Source: Monocercomonoides exilis PA203 (Eukaryota > Protista > Preaxostyla). Taken from it: DNA of 64,000 bases. The notes beneath the pieces were generated by a model. That model worked only from the letters and a program-made list of their open reading frames with translations. It made no database searches and was not told where the DNA came from. A program made the position numbers and the translations under genes. This document shows positions 1-12,742 of the stretch, one piece after another (position 1 is the first letter of the stretch; each line of letters opens with the position of its first letter). The DNA lies in the NCBI GenBank assembly GCA_001643675.2, contig LSRY02000047.1:434001-498000 (forward strand), read 5' to 3'.

Positions 1-565
1 AATGAATGCACTTCTCCTGGAATTCAACTGACCTTTCACAACAAATGAAAATCTCCTCATTGTCAGCGAACTCGAACGTCCAACAAGCCATTTTCATGTG
101 AATGATCCTTTATCATTTTCTTCCACACATCCTCCAATTGCATCCACAAGCACACAATCAAATCCATTGTTCACTTCTGCCTCTGAATGGTATGAACATC
201 CAGTTATCGCCAATTCTCCAGTTCTATTTGAAATAATCGTTTTGGCTGAATTGTCAAATCCAGATACCAGTTGCAGTTTGATATTTGTTCATTCAGGATG
301 AATATCATTTCCCATGAAACATTCCAGTTGACTTTCAATTACCTTTTCAACACTCAATATTGCTTTTGTATCTTCTTCTCCCATTGATGAAGCCTTTTTG
401 ATCTGATAATTGGACACATCATATGAATCTCGAATAACACTTGATCCTTCAATCTGAATTGTTTTCATTTCATCTCCCTCTTTCATGTTTTCCATCCCTT
501 TCCACATTGTGAAGCATGGATCTTCTTCACTTCCACAACGTGCAACATCAAATCCATTAGAACAG
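1..565 (-). pseudogene. Fragment of a beta-helix/CG-x-PC surface-protein family gene (paralog of 42983-55194)
   Basis: Minus-strand translation FDVARCGSEEDPCFTMWKGMEN..IRDSYDVSNY..QLVSGFDNSAKTIISN aligns with FDVRRCGSEFEPCRTAWAGIQH..IQDAHDVSGF..VSSGFENSKGGVIVN of the large gene. In-frame stop at ~289 and no upstream coding sequence. Confidence 0.75.
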
Positions 566-3500
566 CTAAATCAATCTTATTTTTCATTTTTTTTTAATAA
601 ACATAAAAATGACAAATCTTTATTAAGTTCATTGTTTTTTACAATACAATTTTGAATTGTTTTGTGTGATAGTTGTTTATTTTTGCAAGATTTATTCATT
701 AATGCATGTTTTGATCGAGCCTAATACAAAAAAACAAGATAATACCAAAGAACAAGTAAATATTTGAAGAATAATATAAATATAAATTTCATTAATATAA
801 AAAGTGTCATTCGCAACCTATTTTGATATTTTTATCTGCATGCCAATTAACATTATAGAGGAAAAGTACGTGTAACCTTATTGAAAAAAATAAGCTGCTT
901 TAAATACAAAACAAGTGCGCATATTATAATATGCTAAAATTTACTTACATAAGCATGCGAATTACGAATTTTTGAGTTCGATTTCTGCTCAAACAGCATT
1001 TTTAACTTTTCATATAAAAATATATTTATTGTGGGTTAGATCAAAAATATTTTATAAATTTTTTTATTCGTAATTTATATTTTTTATGATGAAAATTTAT
1101 TAATAAAATAAATTTAAATTAAAATATAAGCACATTGGATGTCCAAAAATCGCGTTTTCTTTAAAATTTGAATAATTTTTTATGAAATTCATGTTTTCAT
1201 AGGTCATTTTTCAAAAATCATTTTTTTCAACAAATAAAATTCTTTTCGAAAAATCGGTCCATAAAAAGTTTTCAAATAATTATTATCTATTAATTCGCTA
1301 TTATTTGAGGGTTAAAAAACGCAAATTGCAAAAGGAACGCGTTTGAACCTATGCCAAAAACTGTTCCAAAAGATCTTGCAGCATTCAAATATTAACAAAT
1401 TGAAATAGAAGGTAATTGAATCTGGAGGATGACATAAAAATACTATGAAGAAATCATGATGGAAAACATTTAACCTTCTGTTTGAAAAAAGAATTGAATT
1501 GTTATGGTCGGAAGCATTTGTGCTTTTTAATACAAACGGACATTTATCGAGACTTTGCTAGCCAGTTATTTTATTGTGTTGTGAACATTCTGTGGAAATT
1601 GTTATTTCGTCATCTCATTTTTCTCATTTTTTCAAATCACTTGATCTGTTATTGTTTGTTCAATAAAGAATGATATTGTTTTCTTCTTTCGAACCTCCTG
1701 TTGAAAATGGAAAAACAGCATGCAATAAAGTCTTTTCAGCCAGTATTGGCAGATGATGTGAGTGCTGCCTTTGATTCAAAAACTTTCAAAAAAATCAAAT
1801 AATTTATGCTGCATATAACAGTTTGATCCTTGAGTTGCAAAGTTTGAATTACTATATCAGTCTTCAATGACGATAATATCTGAAATAAGTTCATTGTGTG
1901 TTCTTCATCCTGTGTACTTAACATGAAAATTCAAACGAGTGATAATTTTGTTCAGGAAACTGTTCTAAACAAAGAAGGTTTGAATTATTAACAAAAGATT
2001 GAAATGATATTTATATCTTATTTTCTATTATTTCTTCCGAGAAAAAGAAAAAAGCGAATCCTGCACCTTGAAATTAAATCTGCAAAAATATATGTCCAAG
2101 AGGAAAACAAACGATGAAAAATGTGATGCGAAAATAAAATGTGAGATGTGCGAACAAACTCATGAAGAAGGAATAATTGAATTTTTTATGTTTTTAGGAA
2201 AAAACCGTTAAAGAAAAAAAGCTTTTGAAACAAATTGTGGAAATCAACATGTGGGTGATCATTTTTGAAGTCATAACTTTTTTCTGTGCATTGATAATAA
2301 AAAGTATTTATTTCTTTGAAGAAGAAATTGCACATTTAAAAAAATAATGAATGATAAATGTTTTTAAAAGCCGACGTTAAAATGATAATCATGAAAAAAT
2401 ATTCTTTTTAAGTAGTAATAACTTTCAAATGTTCGTTAATCAATATTTAAGTATGTTCACAAACCGAAATACAAGAAAAAGAAAATGTGAATTCAAAAAT
2501 AATCACCTATGTTTGAAGCAAAAATTTATTTTCATTTTAAGAAAATTAAGAGTCGTTAAAAATCGTAGGATAATATTCAAATTGGTCGATTATTTTCCTA
2601 TTTTCACAAATCAGCAAATGTTTCTTTTCGATCGGGGTTTCTTTTGCTCTTTTCTTGTTACAACAAAAAATTATTTTCTTCTATAAATTACATAATTATT
2701 ATTTCTCTAATATATATATTTTTAAGTTTTGGATAAAAGAAACCTTTAAATGGAATCAATAGTTGAAAAACTCAATTGATAAAACATTCTTGATTTTTGT
2801 CCCTTTCACGGGTTTTGTTCACAACTGAACATGAGACTCCTTTTGATGATTTTTGAAAGATGAGTGAGAAAACTTTTTAAAAAAAAGAACATAAATTTAA
2901 TGTAAAAACTCAAAAGTGAAGTGTTGGAAAGGTTTTGAAAAGTTGGAAACGAATATTTTTTTCACAAGCTTTTATGAGCCATTCATTTTTTTTTTTTTTT
3001 TTTTTTTTTCGTTTGTTTTTACAAAGATCGATTATCGTTTTTTGAACAATAACATATTTGATCAATATTTTTATCAAAATAAGATGCTTTTCCTGGGACT
3101 TGATGATCATGATATTTTTATTTTTCTTCGAAACTTGATCTCATATTTGATTGATATATGAAAACTTGAAACAATTTTCAAAAACTCGTTTTTTTCAAAA
3201 GATTTTCATCATGAAAAGGTTGTCAGCAACATTATTGAACTGACTTGAAGTGAATTATTAATTTATTGCAGAAAGATGAATTGAAAACAAAATACCATCG
3301 TTTTCAAACCTTGTTCTTTTCAAAAATGATGGAATATTCACCTTTGATAATCAACAAAAAATTTTTATAAGTCCAAAGAGAAAAAACAATCGAACTTTTA
3401 AGAATTTTCCCAGCCGCACCAAACTGATTGAGTCACAGCGTATTTTATTTATTTTATTAAATGTTATTCAATCAAATCGGTACTTTTTCGCTCTTAAAGT

Positions 3501-4424
3501 GGGAAAAGCGAGGAATTTCCTATTTTTTTTGTTTTGTAAGTTATGATCTAAACTTTTTTTGTTTCTTTAATTTCTTCACCATTATTTTGAGTTAGGTTTT
3601 AACATTTTGTTTGTATGTTTGTTATATATTATTAAAACTTTTTATGATCCGTTTATTGAGTTTTGTTTATTTTTTGTTCAGTGCATTTATATCATGTTTT
3701 TATGCAATTTTAACGAGTATAAATAACTTTTAACCATTTTTAACTATATTTTTTATATGTTTAGTATAAATATGAAAGTTCTTAATGTTTTAATAATATT
3801 TTTTTAATAAATTCAGATATTTCACATTTTTATATTTTGTTTTGAGCACAAACAAGAAAACAATGATATTCAATGAAAATTTCTTGTATTTTTATTTATG
3901 TTTTATATTAATTTATATAAAAAAACAAGTCAATAGGAGAATCATATTATTAATGGAAAAAAATGTTAGTGAGGTGAATTAAAAACAATAGAAAAACTCA
4001 CTGTCTTTGGTTTAACAAGCTCTGCAACGGGGTTTCACTTGCTCTTTTTTCTTTTTTTGAGGTACTAGAGGAAGAAGCAGAAGGAAAGGAAGACGATGAT
4101 GAGGATTGTTGAAGGCGAAGAGACCTCCACTGATTGGGAAGATACCAAGCTTGAGAAAAATCATTGATTTCCATTTCTTCTTCCATTTCGTCTCTTTCAT
4201 TTATTATTATTTCATCTTTTCTTTCTTTTTCTTCGACAGATATTTTCTTCTTTTTTTCCTTTTCCTCTTTTTCCTCTTTTTCCTCTTTTTCTTCTTTTTC
4301 TTCTTCATTTTCTGACTGTGGGTCATGAGAACCGCCTAAAAAGCAAAGTTATGGTTATATTTAAATGAAACCTAGTGTTCTTAACATCATAAACATTAAT
4401 ATCGGTTGAAAAATAAAACCATTT

Positions 4425-5444
4425 TTATATCTTTGCAAGCAAAAATGTGACACCGGGAGTCAGTTGCAAATCAGGATTCATGCGGTTTTTCAGTTTTGCT
4501 CTATATTTATCGTTGGTCACTTTTTTTGCTCTCATTCGATTTAAATAGTTAAAATGCAAGTCGTTGACAAACCTTCGATTTGCTTCAGAATCCTTTGCAG
4601 TCAACGGATTGTGTAGAATATGAAAATTGACCAAGCAGCACGCAACAGAAAAGTAACTTCCGACTCTGAAGACTTCAAAAGGCCTAGGACGGAGAAAGAC
4701 AGCAAAAAGCGTTTTCAATCTGCCAAAGAAGCGCTTAACGATTACGTGGCGAGAAGCGAGGTGTGGAGTTCCGACTGGTTTGGAAATAATAGCGTCAATT
4801 TCAGCTCTTGCACCAATGAAAGCGGAGTCTGCGAGCACTTTTGAGCCTCCTAGAAGAGCCTGAAATTGAGGGTAAAGATCCTTAAAAATGTTAAAATCGT
4901 GTGTGCTGCCTGTATTCACCGAACTGAGCGTGCATGCTGTGCCGATGCGAGGGTTGACTCCAACTTCTATTTTTACACAGTATATGTGGTGCTTCCCACT
5001 GAAATACTTCTCGCCAAATTCCAAACGTCCAGCAGGCAGGTTGATATGTATGACCGTGCAATCCACAACCACTCCAACATCTTTCATGTCATCTAACCTA
5101 TCTGGCCGAAATGTTAACAGCAAATCAACCAATGGTAATTTTAAATCATTCACAACACTATGAAGAAGTCGAATAAAAGTATTTTTTGTTTTGTAAAAAG
5201 AAGAAGCTATAAAATTAGTGAATGTTGTTGATCCAAGGTGCAAAAATGAAAGAAGCAAAAAAACTTGATCCTCAAAATAACTCAACGCTCTCTCTTTTCC
5301 TCTGTGATATGGTATTTCCTTTTGAAGAAGTTTCAGAAGCAGGTAAAATTCACAACGGGAAAATCCCGTCAGTCTGAAAAATGCCTTTGTCTTATCTCCT
5401 TCAACTTTTTTGCATGCGATTTTTATCAACGACTCTTTCTCCAC
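4425..5444 (-). mobile_element. PIF/Harbinger (ISL2EU-like) DDE_Tnp_4 transposase ORF, 339 aa, probably inactive
   Basis: Motifs VVVDCT..I..P, YFSGKH...K, GSTHD, LADSAF.G and VIVKRFFGRLK (family pattern R..VE.FFGRLK; third catalytic residue is K here). Confidence 0.88.
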
Positions 5445-6009
5445 TGAAACATAAAAAAATATAATACTAAAAATGATGACAACAGAATAACCTTTTATTA
5501 TTATTATAATTATGTGATCACACCACCCAGTATCGAAATCATCGGTTGTGACTCAGTCACATTGCATTATTTAAGTCTAAATTGTTTAATATCTATCTCA
5601 ATAAACTTTGATGGATATAAATCAATATGAGTGAATAAATACGAACAAGTTCTAATTTCTCTTTTAAAAAAATCAAAACATCTTTATAAATTATAATCTC
5701 ATTATTTGTTCAAGCAAAAGGAAAAACATGCACACTTTTCCAAGAAGCAAATTAAATTGGATTGAACAACAAAAGTCTAAACGGAACTGTATTTTTTCTC
5801 TATGTTTTCATTATCATCGTGCATAATGCGAAGTCGTTTTTTCTTAATTATTCTTTCTCTCAATTCAAACTTGTTAAATGTCATCTCATAATTCAAACTC
5901 TTCTTATTTGGCTCATAAACGTCGCTGCAATTTCCTTAACTGATTTCTGGATTGCTTCACTTTTTTCGTGCGAATTTTCACACGAATGCTGTCATCCTTT
6001 TTGTCTGGA

Positions 6010-7420
6010 AAATTTGTGACAGATGTTTTCTCACTTTCTGCTGGCTTCATGTTGCTGCTATCCATATGGCTTGTTTTTGTTTTCATCCTTTTGTTTGTGG
6101 GAGAAAATTTTTCATTTAACTCTGAGTCCCAGTTTGATTATTTATATGTTCTTTGCGAAATGGGTGAATCAGAAACTCTTGACAGAACAGGTGCTGCCAT
6201 CACAGGCCAGATACCAGTTTTTTGAAACGAGCTTTTAATTGTTAATGGAGATGTTGAAGAAGTGAGTGCTTCAGGAAGAACTTTTGCTTATTCACTTTGA
6301 CACAAAAAAGAAGAATGTAGTATCATTAGGTTTATATTATCAGCAAATGTCTTTTTGAATCTCACAAATATGATGCTGTCGCATGGCTGAAATAGATGAG
6401 TGAGATTTGGAGGAAATCTCATGATATTTATTCCTTGTTTATCTACGCATTTCTCAACTTTTTCATTGAGGTGAGAAGGATGATTACCAAGAAGAAAAAC
6501 AATTTTCAGCATGTTCTAAAGTATCATTTATGTTTTGATCAAAAGAATCCAATAAGAAATTATGCAAGTTTCAAAGATGGAATTATCTATCCATCCTGAA
6601 GATAATGAGATAAAATGAATGTTGAATGACAACAAAGTTTAAAATTCAATTCGCAGATTTCGATTTGAATAAAGAAGAAAAAAAGACAAAGACTATTCAT
6701 CAACCCAAACGCAGACGTAAAAAGTGGAAATTTTCCCCCAGCAAATTGAGTATATCGTAAGGATTTGATTTCAAAAAGATACATTTAATTTGCATGAGCT
6801 TTCTCCACATCTCAAAGATGTTTCATCGAAATTAAAAATACCGTTTTCACAAATATTGTATGTTTCCAAAACATTTTTGAATTGATCAAACCATTTACGG
6901 ATACCATCTGGTGACTGTGCCAACATTTTGGATCGTTCTATCGGTTTGGATAATGCAGATTAAAGAATTTTGTTATGATCGATCATATAATATGCAGCTG
7001 AAATACATGGAAATTTTATTTTTGTTTTTTCCTTAGAGTTTTCTTCATAATAATCTTTCATCTAAATAATAAAAAAAATTAAAAGAAATATGAAAATTCC
7101 ATTTCAGACCATTTTGAAGATATCTTTTACTCGAACAACCTTCCCTTCTGAAAGCATAACAAGTGTTTTATTTTCTATTGTTTCAATCATTGAGTCTGTA
7201 ATTATGGAAAGTCTTCCATTGATTCCTACTTCTCTATTATTCTTTTGGGCATTCACTCCTCGATACCAACAGCCTTTCGAAATTATGCCAGATCCTATTG
7301 TCACACGAGGTAACACAACATTATTCTTTATGATTTCAAAAATTTTCTTTGAAATGCTGTCTAATTTCATAATTTCAGCTCATGCCAATTTTTTTTGTAG
7401 GTCTGATGTAGAAAGTTCGT
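6010..7420 (-). mobile_element. Decayed pogo/DDE-1 family transposase
   Basis: FLLGNHPSH..RFPPNLTHLFQPCDSIIF (6288-6512); N-terminal ISKGCWYR..GINGRLSII (7104-7370) matches ISKGAWFR at ~8305; C-terminal KTGIWPVMAAPVL near 6180-6225 matches the copy at 8.2-9.6 kb. Many stops and frameshifts. Confidence 0.75.
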
Positions 7421-8199
7421 AATGGTTTGTCATTTTTTATGGTTTTGATCGTTCGACTTCAATAATGAAATTTCAAAAAAGAAATGAAAATCATTTTATT
7501 TTACATGTTTCAGCATAAATACATTCCAAATAATCAATCTCTGAAAATTCGATGATATTAATTAATTTCTTTCTTTGAAGTTTTTGAAATAGAAATATAA
7601 CGTTGTTTCAACAGTTTTTTTGATTTTTTAACAAAAAAATGTGGTTGACTATGAAAAATAACTATTCAAACATAAAGAACAATCTATTCAAATTGGATAA
7701 AATAATCTTTATCCATAATCGTTAATTTTTATAATTAATATCTTTAGGAAAACCAATTCAAAAAAAAAGAACAGGGTTTCAGAAAAATGGAATTTTTGAA
7801 ATATTTGTAATGTTCAGTTGGTTTTAAACCGGATCTAATTCAAATAATTAAGAACAGCTTTTTCATAACGATAAAAGATTTACCATTAAAAATTTCAAAC
7901 TGGACTTACTATTTTATTATTATGAAACTCTCACTCCATTAACGATGAGCTCGAATGTCAAAAACAATTTATTAACTGAAAACCAAAAACAATGAAAGTT
8001 TCATATTTCAAAACAAAAAGCAAAAAAAAATAGTGTTTGCCCGTTTTTGTGAATTTTCAATTAATTATCAAGAACATTAACCATATTAATTTGCGTTTTT
8101 TGACTTTCCTTGCACCTTAAAAGCTTAAATTTCTTATTGAAAAATCCATTATGAATAATAAAAAGCATGGAATTAACTTCTTTTCAGTTACATAGATAA

Positions 8200-9600
8200 C
8201 TTGCAGCAAGTGAATATAGAGCTTTTGAGTCACCTGTAAAAAAATATTTGTTATTAAACATAACTTTCATGTAAAATGGTAAACTGCAGTTGAAGAAAAA
8301 ATTATATCAAAAGGTGCTTGGTTTCGTGTAAAAAGGCAGAAAAGGAAGGAAGAGAAATTGGACACGATGGGGGGGAGGGGAGGTGGGGGGCGGGTCCATT
8401 AATGGTAACGAACAATCAGCTAGAAATAATAGAAAATCAAGTATTTGCTCTTTAATCAGAGCAAGCTGCTATTCGTGAAAGAGATATCCAATAGATGGTA
8501 TGTTATTGTTTTGTTTTAACTTTTCGAATCTATTGCTTCATTTTTATGCGTTGATGTGATTGAAAAAAGTTCAGCTACAGATCAAGAGCAGAAAAAATTC
8601 AACAAAAAGTATGTTTATAAATCGCTCAGAAGAAATAGAATTCTGCATGCTGCTGTTTCAAGACAAATGGAAATAAAGAAAATTGAAGCACATTTTCCAG
8701 ATAAAGTGAGATTTTGGTTTACAAAATTTTCATCACTCATTTCGGAGGATGACATCAGTTCTTCATATATTGGCAATTTTGACGAATCATCTGTGTCAAT
8801 TGGTTCAACAACATCAAAACTTGTTGTTTGCCTCAAAGGACAAAATCCGCCTACTCCTTTATCTTCTCCAAAAGTGACATGTTCCACTTTGTGCATGTGT
8901 ATTTGTGCTGATGGTTCATCATAACCTTGTTGTCTTCTTTGGACTTCGAAAGATCTTCCTTCAGAATTTTCTTCTCTTTCTTATTTCAACATCCACTTTA
9001 TTCCAGCTTCTTCTGGATGGATCACAAAAGAAACATTTAAATCCATCATGTTGAATAACTGGTTTCCTTTTATCATCAATAAATCAAAACTATCTTCAAC
9101 ACACAAAGCTCTTCTGCTAATGGATGACCGCTGAACACATTTCGACGAAACCGTATCAAACATTGCAAAAGAAAAATGAATTCTTCAAAAATTCTCCCCT
9201 CCAAACAAGACGCATCTTCTACAACCATTCGATTCGTGTGTGTTTTCTCAGTTGAAAAATACTCTTTCCAACAAGTTTTGTACACCTAACACGTTTTCAA
9301 TAACCAGTAACAGATCTTCATTGGCAGAAGCACTTCCTGATGCAGTTGCAGCTGCATCAGCTCCATCAACCATTCGATCCTCTTTCATTAAAACAGGTAT
9401 TTGGCCTGTAATGGCAGCTCATGTGTTGGAATGAATTTCAGGTTCTCCGATCCAATCAGTCGCTAAAAGTCTTTTTTGTGACACACAACTTCTCGGTGGA
9501 AAGAAATATTTTTTGGAGAAAGATCTCCGAAAAATGAAATATGAAAAATCAAAAAGCAACAAGAAACAAATTGCGAATCTTCCATAAAAGAGCTATCTTT
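8200..9600 (+). mobile_element. Decayed pogo/DDE-1 family transposase
   Basis: GNFDESS, TLCMCICADGS, SSGWITKETF, LLLMDDR*TH, HLLQPFDSCVF and SSFIKTGIWP occur in order across stops and frameshifts. Confidence 0.85.
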
Positions 9601-9670
9601 ATCTCTCGACACATCTTTTTCATCTTCTCAGCCGCAAACAATTTTGAAAGAATTGGATCGATTATTCGAA

Positions 9671-9691
9671 AATAATAATAATAATAATAAC

Positions 9692-9723
<32 letters not shown>

Positions 9724-9738
9724 GAATAATAATAATAA
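9671..9738 (+). repeat. (AAT)n microsatellite
   Basis: About 22 AAT units with two interruptions, read directly. Confidence 0.9.
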
Positions 9739-10131
9739 ACAAACAAAAAAGGGCTAGATGAATTGGAGGATTAAATAAAGGATCCACTGAATCAATAGCG
9801 TTATTTTCAAGAGCAATTAGAAAAAGAAAAATAACTAAAAAATGATAGAAAGATATTAAAGGAGCATTAAAACAAACAAGTATCGAACTTTGAAATCATC
9901 CAGACTATAATGGATGAAAGTTTTTGACAAAAAGATAAAAAAGAATAGAAAAAAAGATCCACATTATTGATAATATCAAAAAAGACACTGGAAAAAAAAA
10001 CGCTCAGAAAGAAAAAGCAAATTAATTTTACACTCCTTCAAAATAACTTTCTCATCCTAATTGCCGCAAAGTATGTTGGAGAGTTGTATTGCATGATATG
10101 GAATAATTAGCAACAATAATCATTTATAATA

Positions 10132-10373
10132 TGTCAAAATTTTTTTGAAAAGTTCCATTTGTTTAATTTTCAAATAGAATAAAAATTTCATATTTCTTTC
10201 AAATTTCTGTTTCCACTCACCAAATTTCGCTGTCATGAAAACAAAATCAAGACAATGTTATTATTTCCATTTTAGTGAAGTTTCACAAGAGAGAACATAA
10301 ATTTGATCGAAATATGAAATTTTTTCTTCATTTGAAAATTAAACAAAAGGAACTTTTCAAAAAAATTTTGACA
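10132..10373. mobile_element. MITE family B (~240 bp hairpin-like element, TA target duplication)
   Basis: TA|TGTCAAAATTTTTTTGAAAAGTTCC ... GGAACTTTTCAAAAAAATTTTGACA|TA with imperfect arms of ~90 bp; related copies at 17116, 41821 and partial ones near 12.5-12.75, 18.5 and 26.3-26.45 kb. Confidence 0.8.
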
Positions 10374-10397
10374 TATAAAAGGAAATGTGTGAAAATT

Positions 10398-10667
10398 TGG
10401 GGGGAAAATAAAGACTTTCAAGCTTTTTTGCACATAGCACAAAAAATTGCTTTTTTCATAAATTTTTTTCACTTTCTCAAATTTAAAAATAAGTTTGATT
10501 TTAATTTCCTTAAACAGGCATTGTCGAAACGATAACAAAATGTTTTGTGTCATTTCACGAATGCCAAAAAATGGACCCATTTTTATTGTGTTTTTTGATC
10601 TCAAAAAGTCAATGAAAAGTGCATAATTTTACAATGAAAAAGCTTGAAGTTACATATTTCCCCCCAT
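10398..10667 (+). mobile_element. MITE family A (~270 bp, TGGGGG-AAAATA termini)
   Basis: Ends TGGGGGGAAAATA / TATTTCCCCCCA; internal GACTTTCAAGCTTTTTT and ATTGTGTTTTTTGAT shared with copies at 22817 and 26458. Confidence 0.75.
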
Positions 10668-11162
10668 TTTGGGAATAAAAGTATTTCTGAAGCGTAAAAA
10701 TTACCAATAATGTTAAAAAAAAAATAGTTCAAATTTTATACCAGCAAGAATAACGCTTGCTTTCAAAAGTCCGTGGAAACACGAGCAAAATAATGATCAT
10801 AAAATAAAACTTTGAAAATACAGATCTTTTTTTTGAAGAATTCATCTTCTTAAAAATTGCGGGTGCAACCTTATAATTACTCATTATTTGTTTGAAAATA
10901 AATCTTAACTAATCCAAGTTTCTATTTTAAACAATAAAAGAAAAAAAAATTTAAGATATAATAAAAAATCTGGTCCAAAAAAAATTTTTGCACCATATGC
11001 GTTTATTAATAATTAATTTTTTTGAATAATTCCTCTTGTCTGATTCTCGATTCAAATAATAACTTCACAAACTGATCAAATCTATTTTCTTTCAACTATT
11101 TTTTTTCTTCATTGGTTATAAAAACATTATCAAGTATTCTCTTCAATTTTTGTGAAGCTTTA

Positions 11163-11949
11163 CACCAAAAATAATTCAGAATCGAAAAAAAATAATTCAT
11201 TTTCGAAAAAGAATAATTCAAAATCGGAATTAATAATTCGAATTCGAAAAAAAATAATTCAATTTCGTAATTTATTAATTTGATTTCGAAAAAGAATAAT
11301 TCAATTTTGAAAATGAATATTTATTTGATTTGTGGAATGAATAACTTGTGTTTTCAATTATAAAATTCTCATTATTTTTATTCCATCAGTTTTCTTTGTT
11401 TATCTATATTTGAAAAATGATGCATTTTCATTTCACAAAATTCATTCATTTTGAATTCATATTTCTTTTATAGAAGTTTTTCAAATTAAAAAATGAATTC
11501 ATATTAGAATTTAAAATTGATGTTTTTCTATTTTTACTCCAAAGAAACAAAAAAAATATAATTGTGAAAATAATTCTTGTTTTTAGTTATTCAATAAACT
11601 GTGATTGATTATTTGCAATTTTTAATTGGCTATTCAATAGAACGAATTTTTGAAAATATTTTTATATTTTGAGTGATGATTTTCGAAAATGAAAAAAATA
11701 TAAAAAAATTGATTTGTTGATTGTTTCATTTTTAAAAAACAGTTTTCTTAGAGTAATAATATTTGATTGGTTAAATAATTTCTAAAAATTTTCTGAAATT
11801 CATTCTCGAGAAAAATTTAAAATTCAGTTTTAAAATGAATTTCGAAATTGAATTATTCTTTTTCGAAATCGAATTAATAAATTAAGAAATTGAATTATTA
11901 ATTTACGATTTTGAATTATTTTTTTTTCGAATTTGAATTATTTTTGGTG
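11163..11949. mobile_element. Foldback-like non-autonomous element with modular subterminal repeats
   Basis: TA|CACCAAAAATAATTC ... GAATTATTTTTGGTG|TA. About seven ~20 bp AATAATTC..TCGAAAA units on the left and about five inverted units on the right. Confidence 0.8.
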
Positions 11950-12742
11950 TATGAGTTGGAATAGAAGTTAGATAAAAAAATCAAATATTGATTTATTATT
12001 TGAAAATAAACATAATAAAAATTTTGATAAATAAACACCTTTTATTTATTCATTTGTTTGTTTTCAAGTTTTATTTTTTTGTTGGGAGAAATCATTCTTT
12101 TGGGAAATAATTTCTTCCAGATAGCAAAAAAGGTTAATCATTAAACATGAATAAAAGAGATTGTGTTCATTTGTTTTTTGTTTTATTTATTAACGTAATT
12201 TTTTTTTTTTTGAAAAATCAACACAAAAATGAAAAAAATGTTCAGTTTGTCTTTTTTCACATGATATCACATATCAACTATTGATTTATTGAAATTTAAT
12301 GTTTGATTGTTATTTGATTCATTAATAACTGATCACATTTCATTTTACAAATTCTTAATATGCAAAACAGCTGTCGCAGTGCCAAAACAGCATTTGAAGT
12401 TATATGCGAGATGAATAACAGATATGAATGAGATTTCTTTACCATTATTGTTTGCAAAAATGGAAAGGACTTGAAAAAACAATTTCATGTCATGATAATG
12501 ATAAAAAATTAGTATGATTTTTTTGTTCACTTTATTTTGTGAAATTTTCATATGAAACAAAAATATCATATTTTCATATATATTCTGTTCCCATTCATAA
12601 ATCTTTAATAAAATGGAAACAAAACCTTTTAAATGTTATTATTTCCATAAAAATGAAGTTTTGTTAGAAGGAACAGAAATAAGAACGAAATGAGAGATTT
12701 TTTTATTTGAAAATTAAACAAAATGAAGTTATAAAAAAACAA

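Noticed and set aside
1330-2180. Coding-like stretch with a possible C-x2-C motif (KCEMCEQTH)
   Set aside because: Too fragmented to assign to any family.
5444-5491. Possible 48 nt intron at the Harbinger ORF start
   Set aside because: Plausible GT..TTTCAG, but no in-frame ATG found in the short upstream segment.
8368-8394. G-rich run able to form a G-quadruplex
   Set aside because: Isolated, inside a dead transposase; likely slippage or sequencing noise.
11161-11320. Regular ~20 bp repeats resembling a CRISPR array
   Set aside because: No unique spacers, mirrored at the other end of a TA-flanked element, no cas genes, eukaryotic context.
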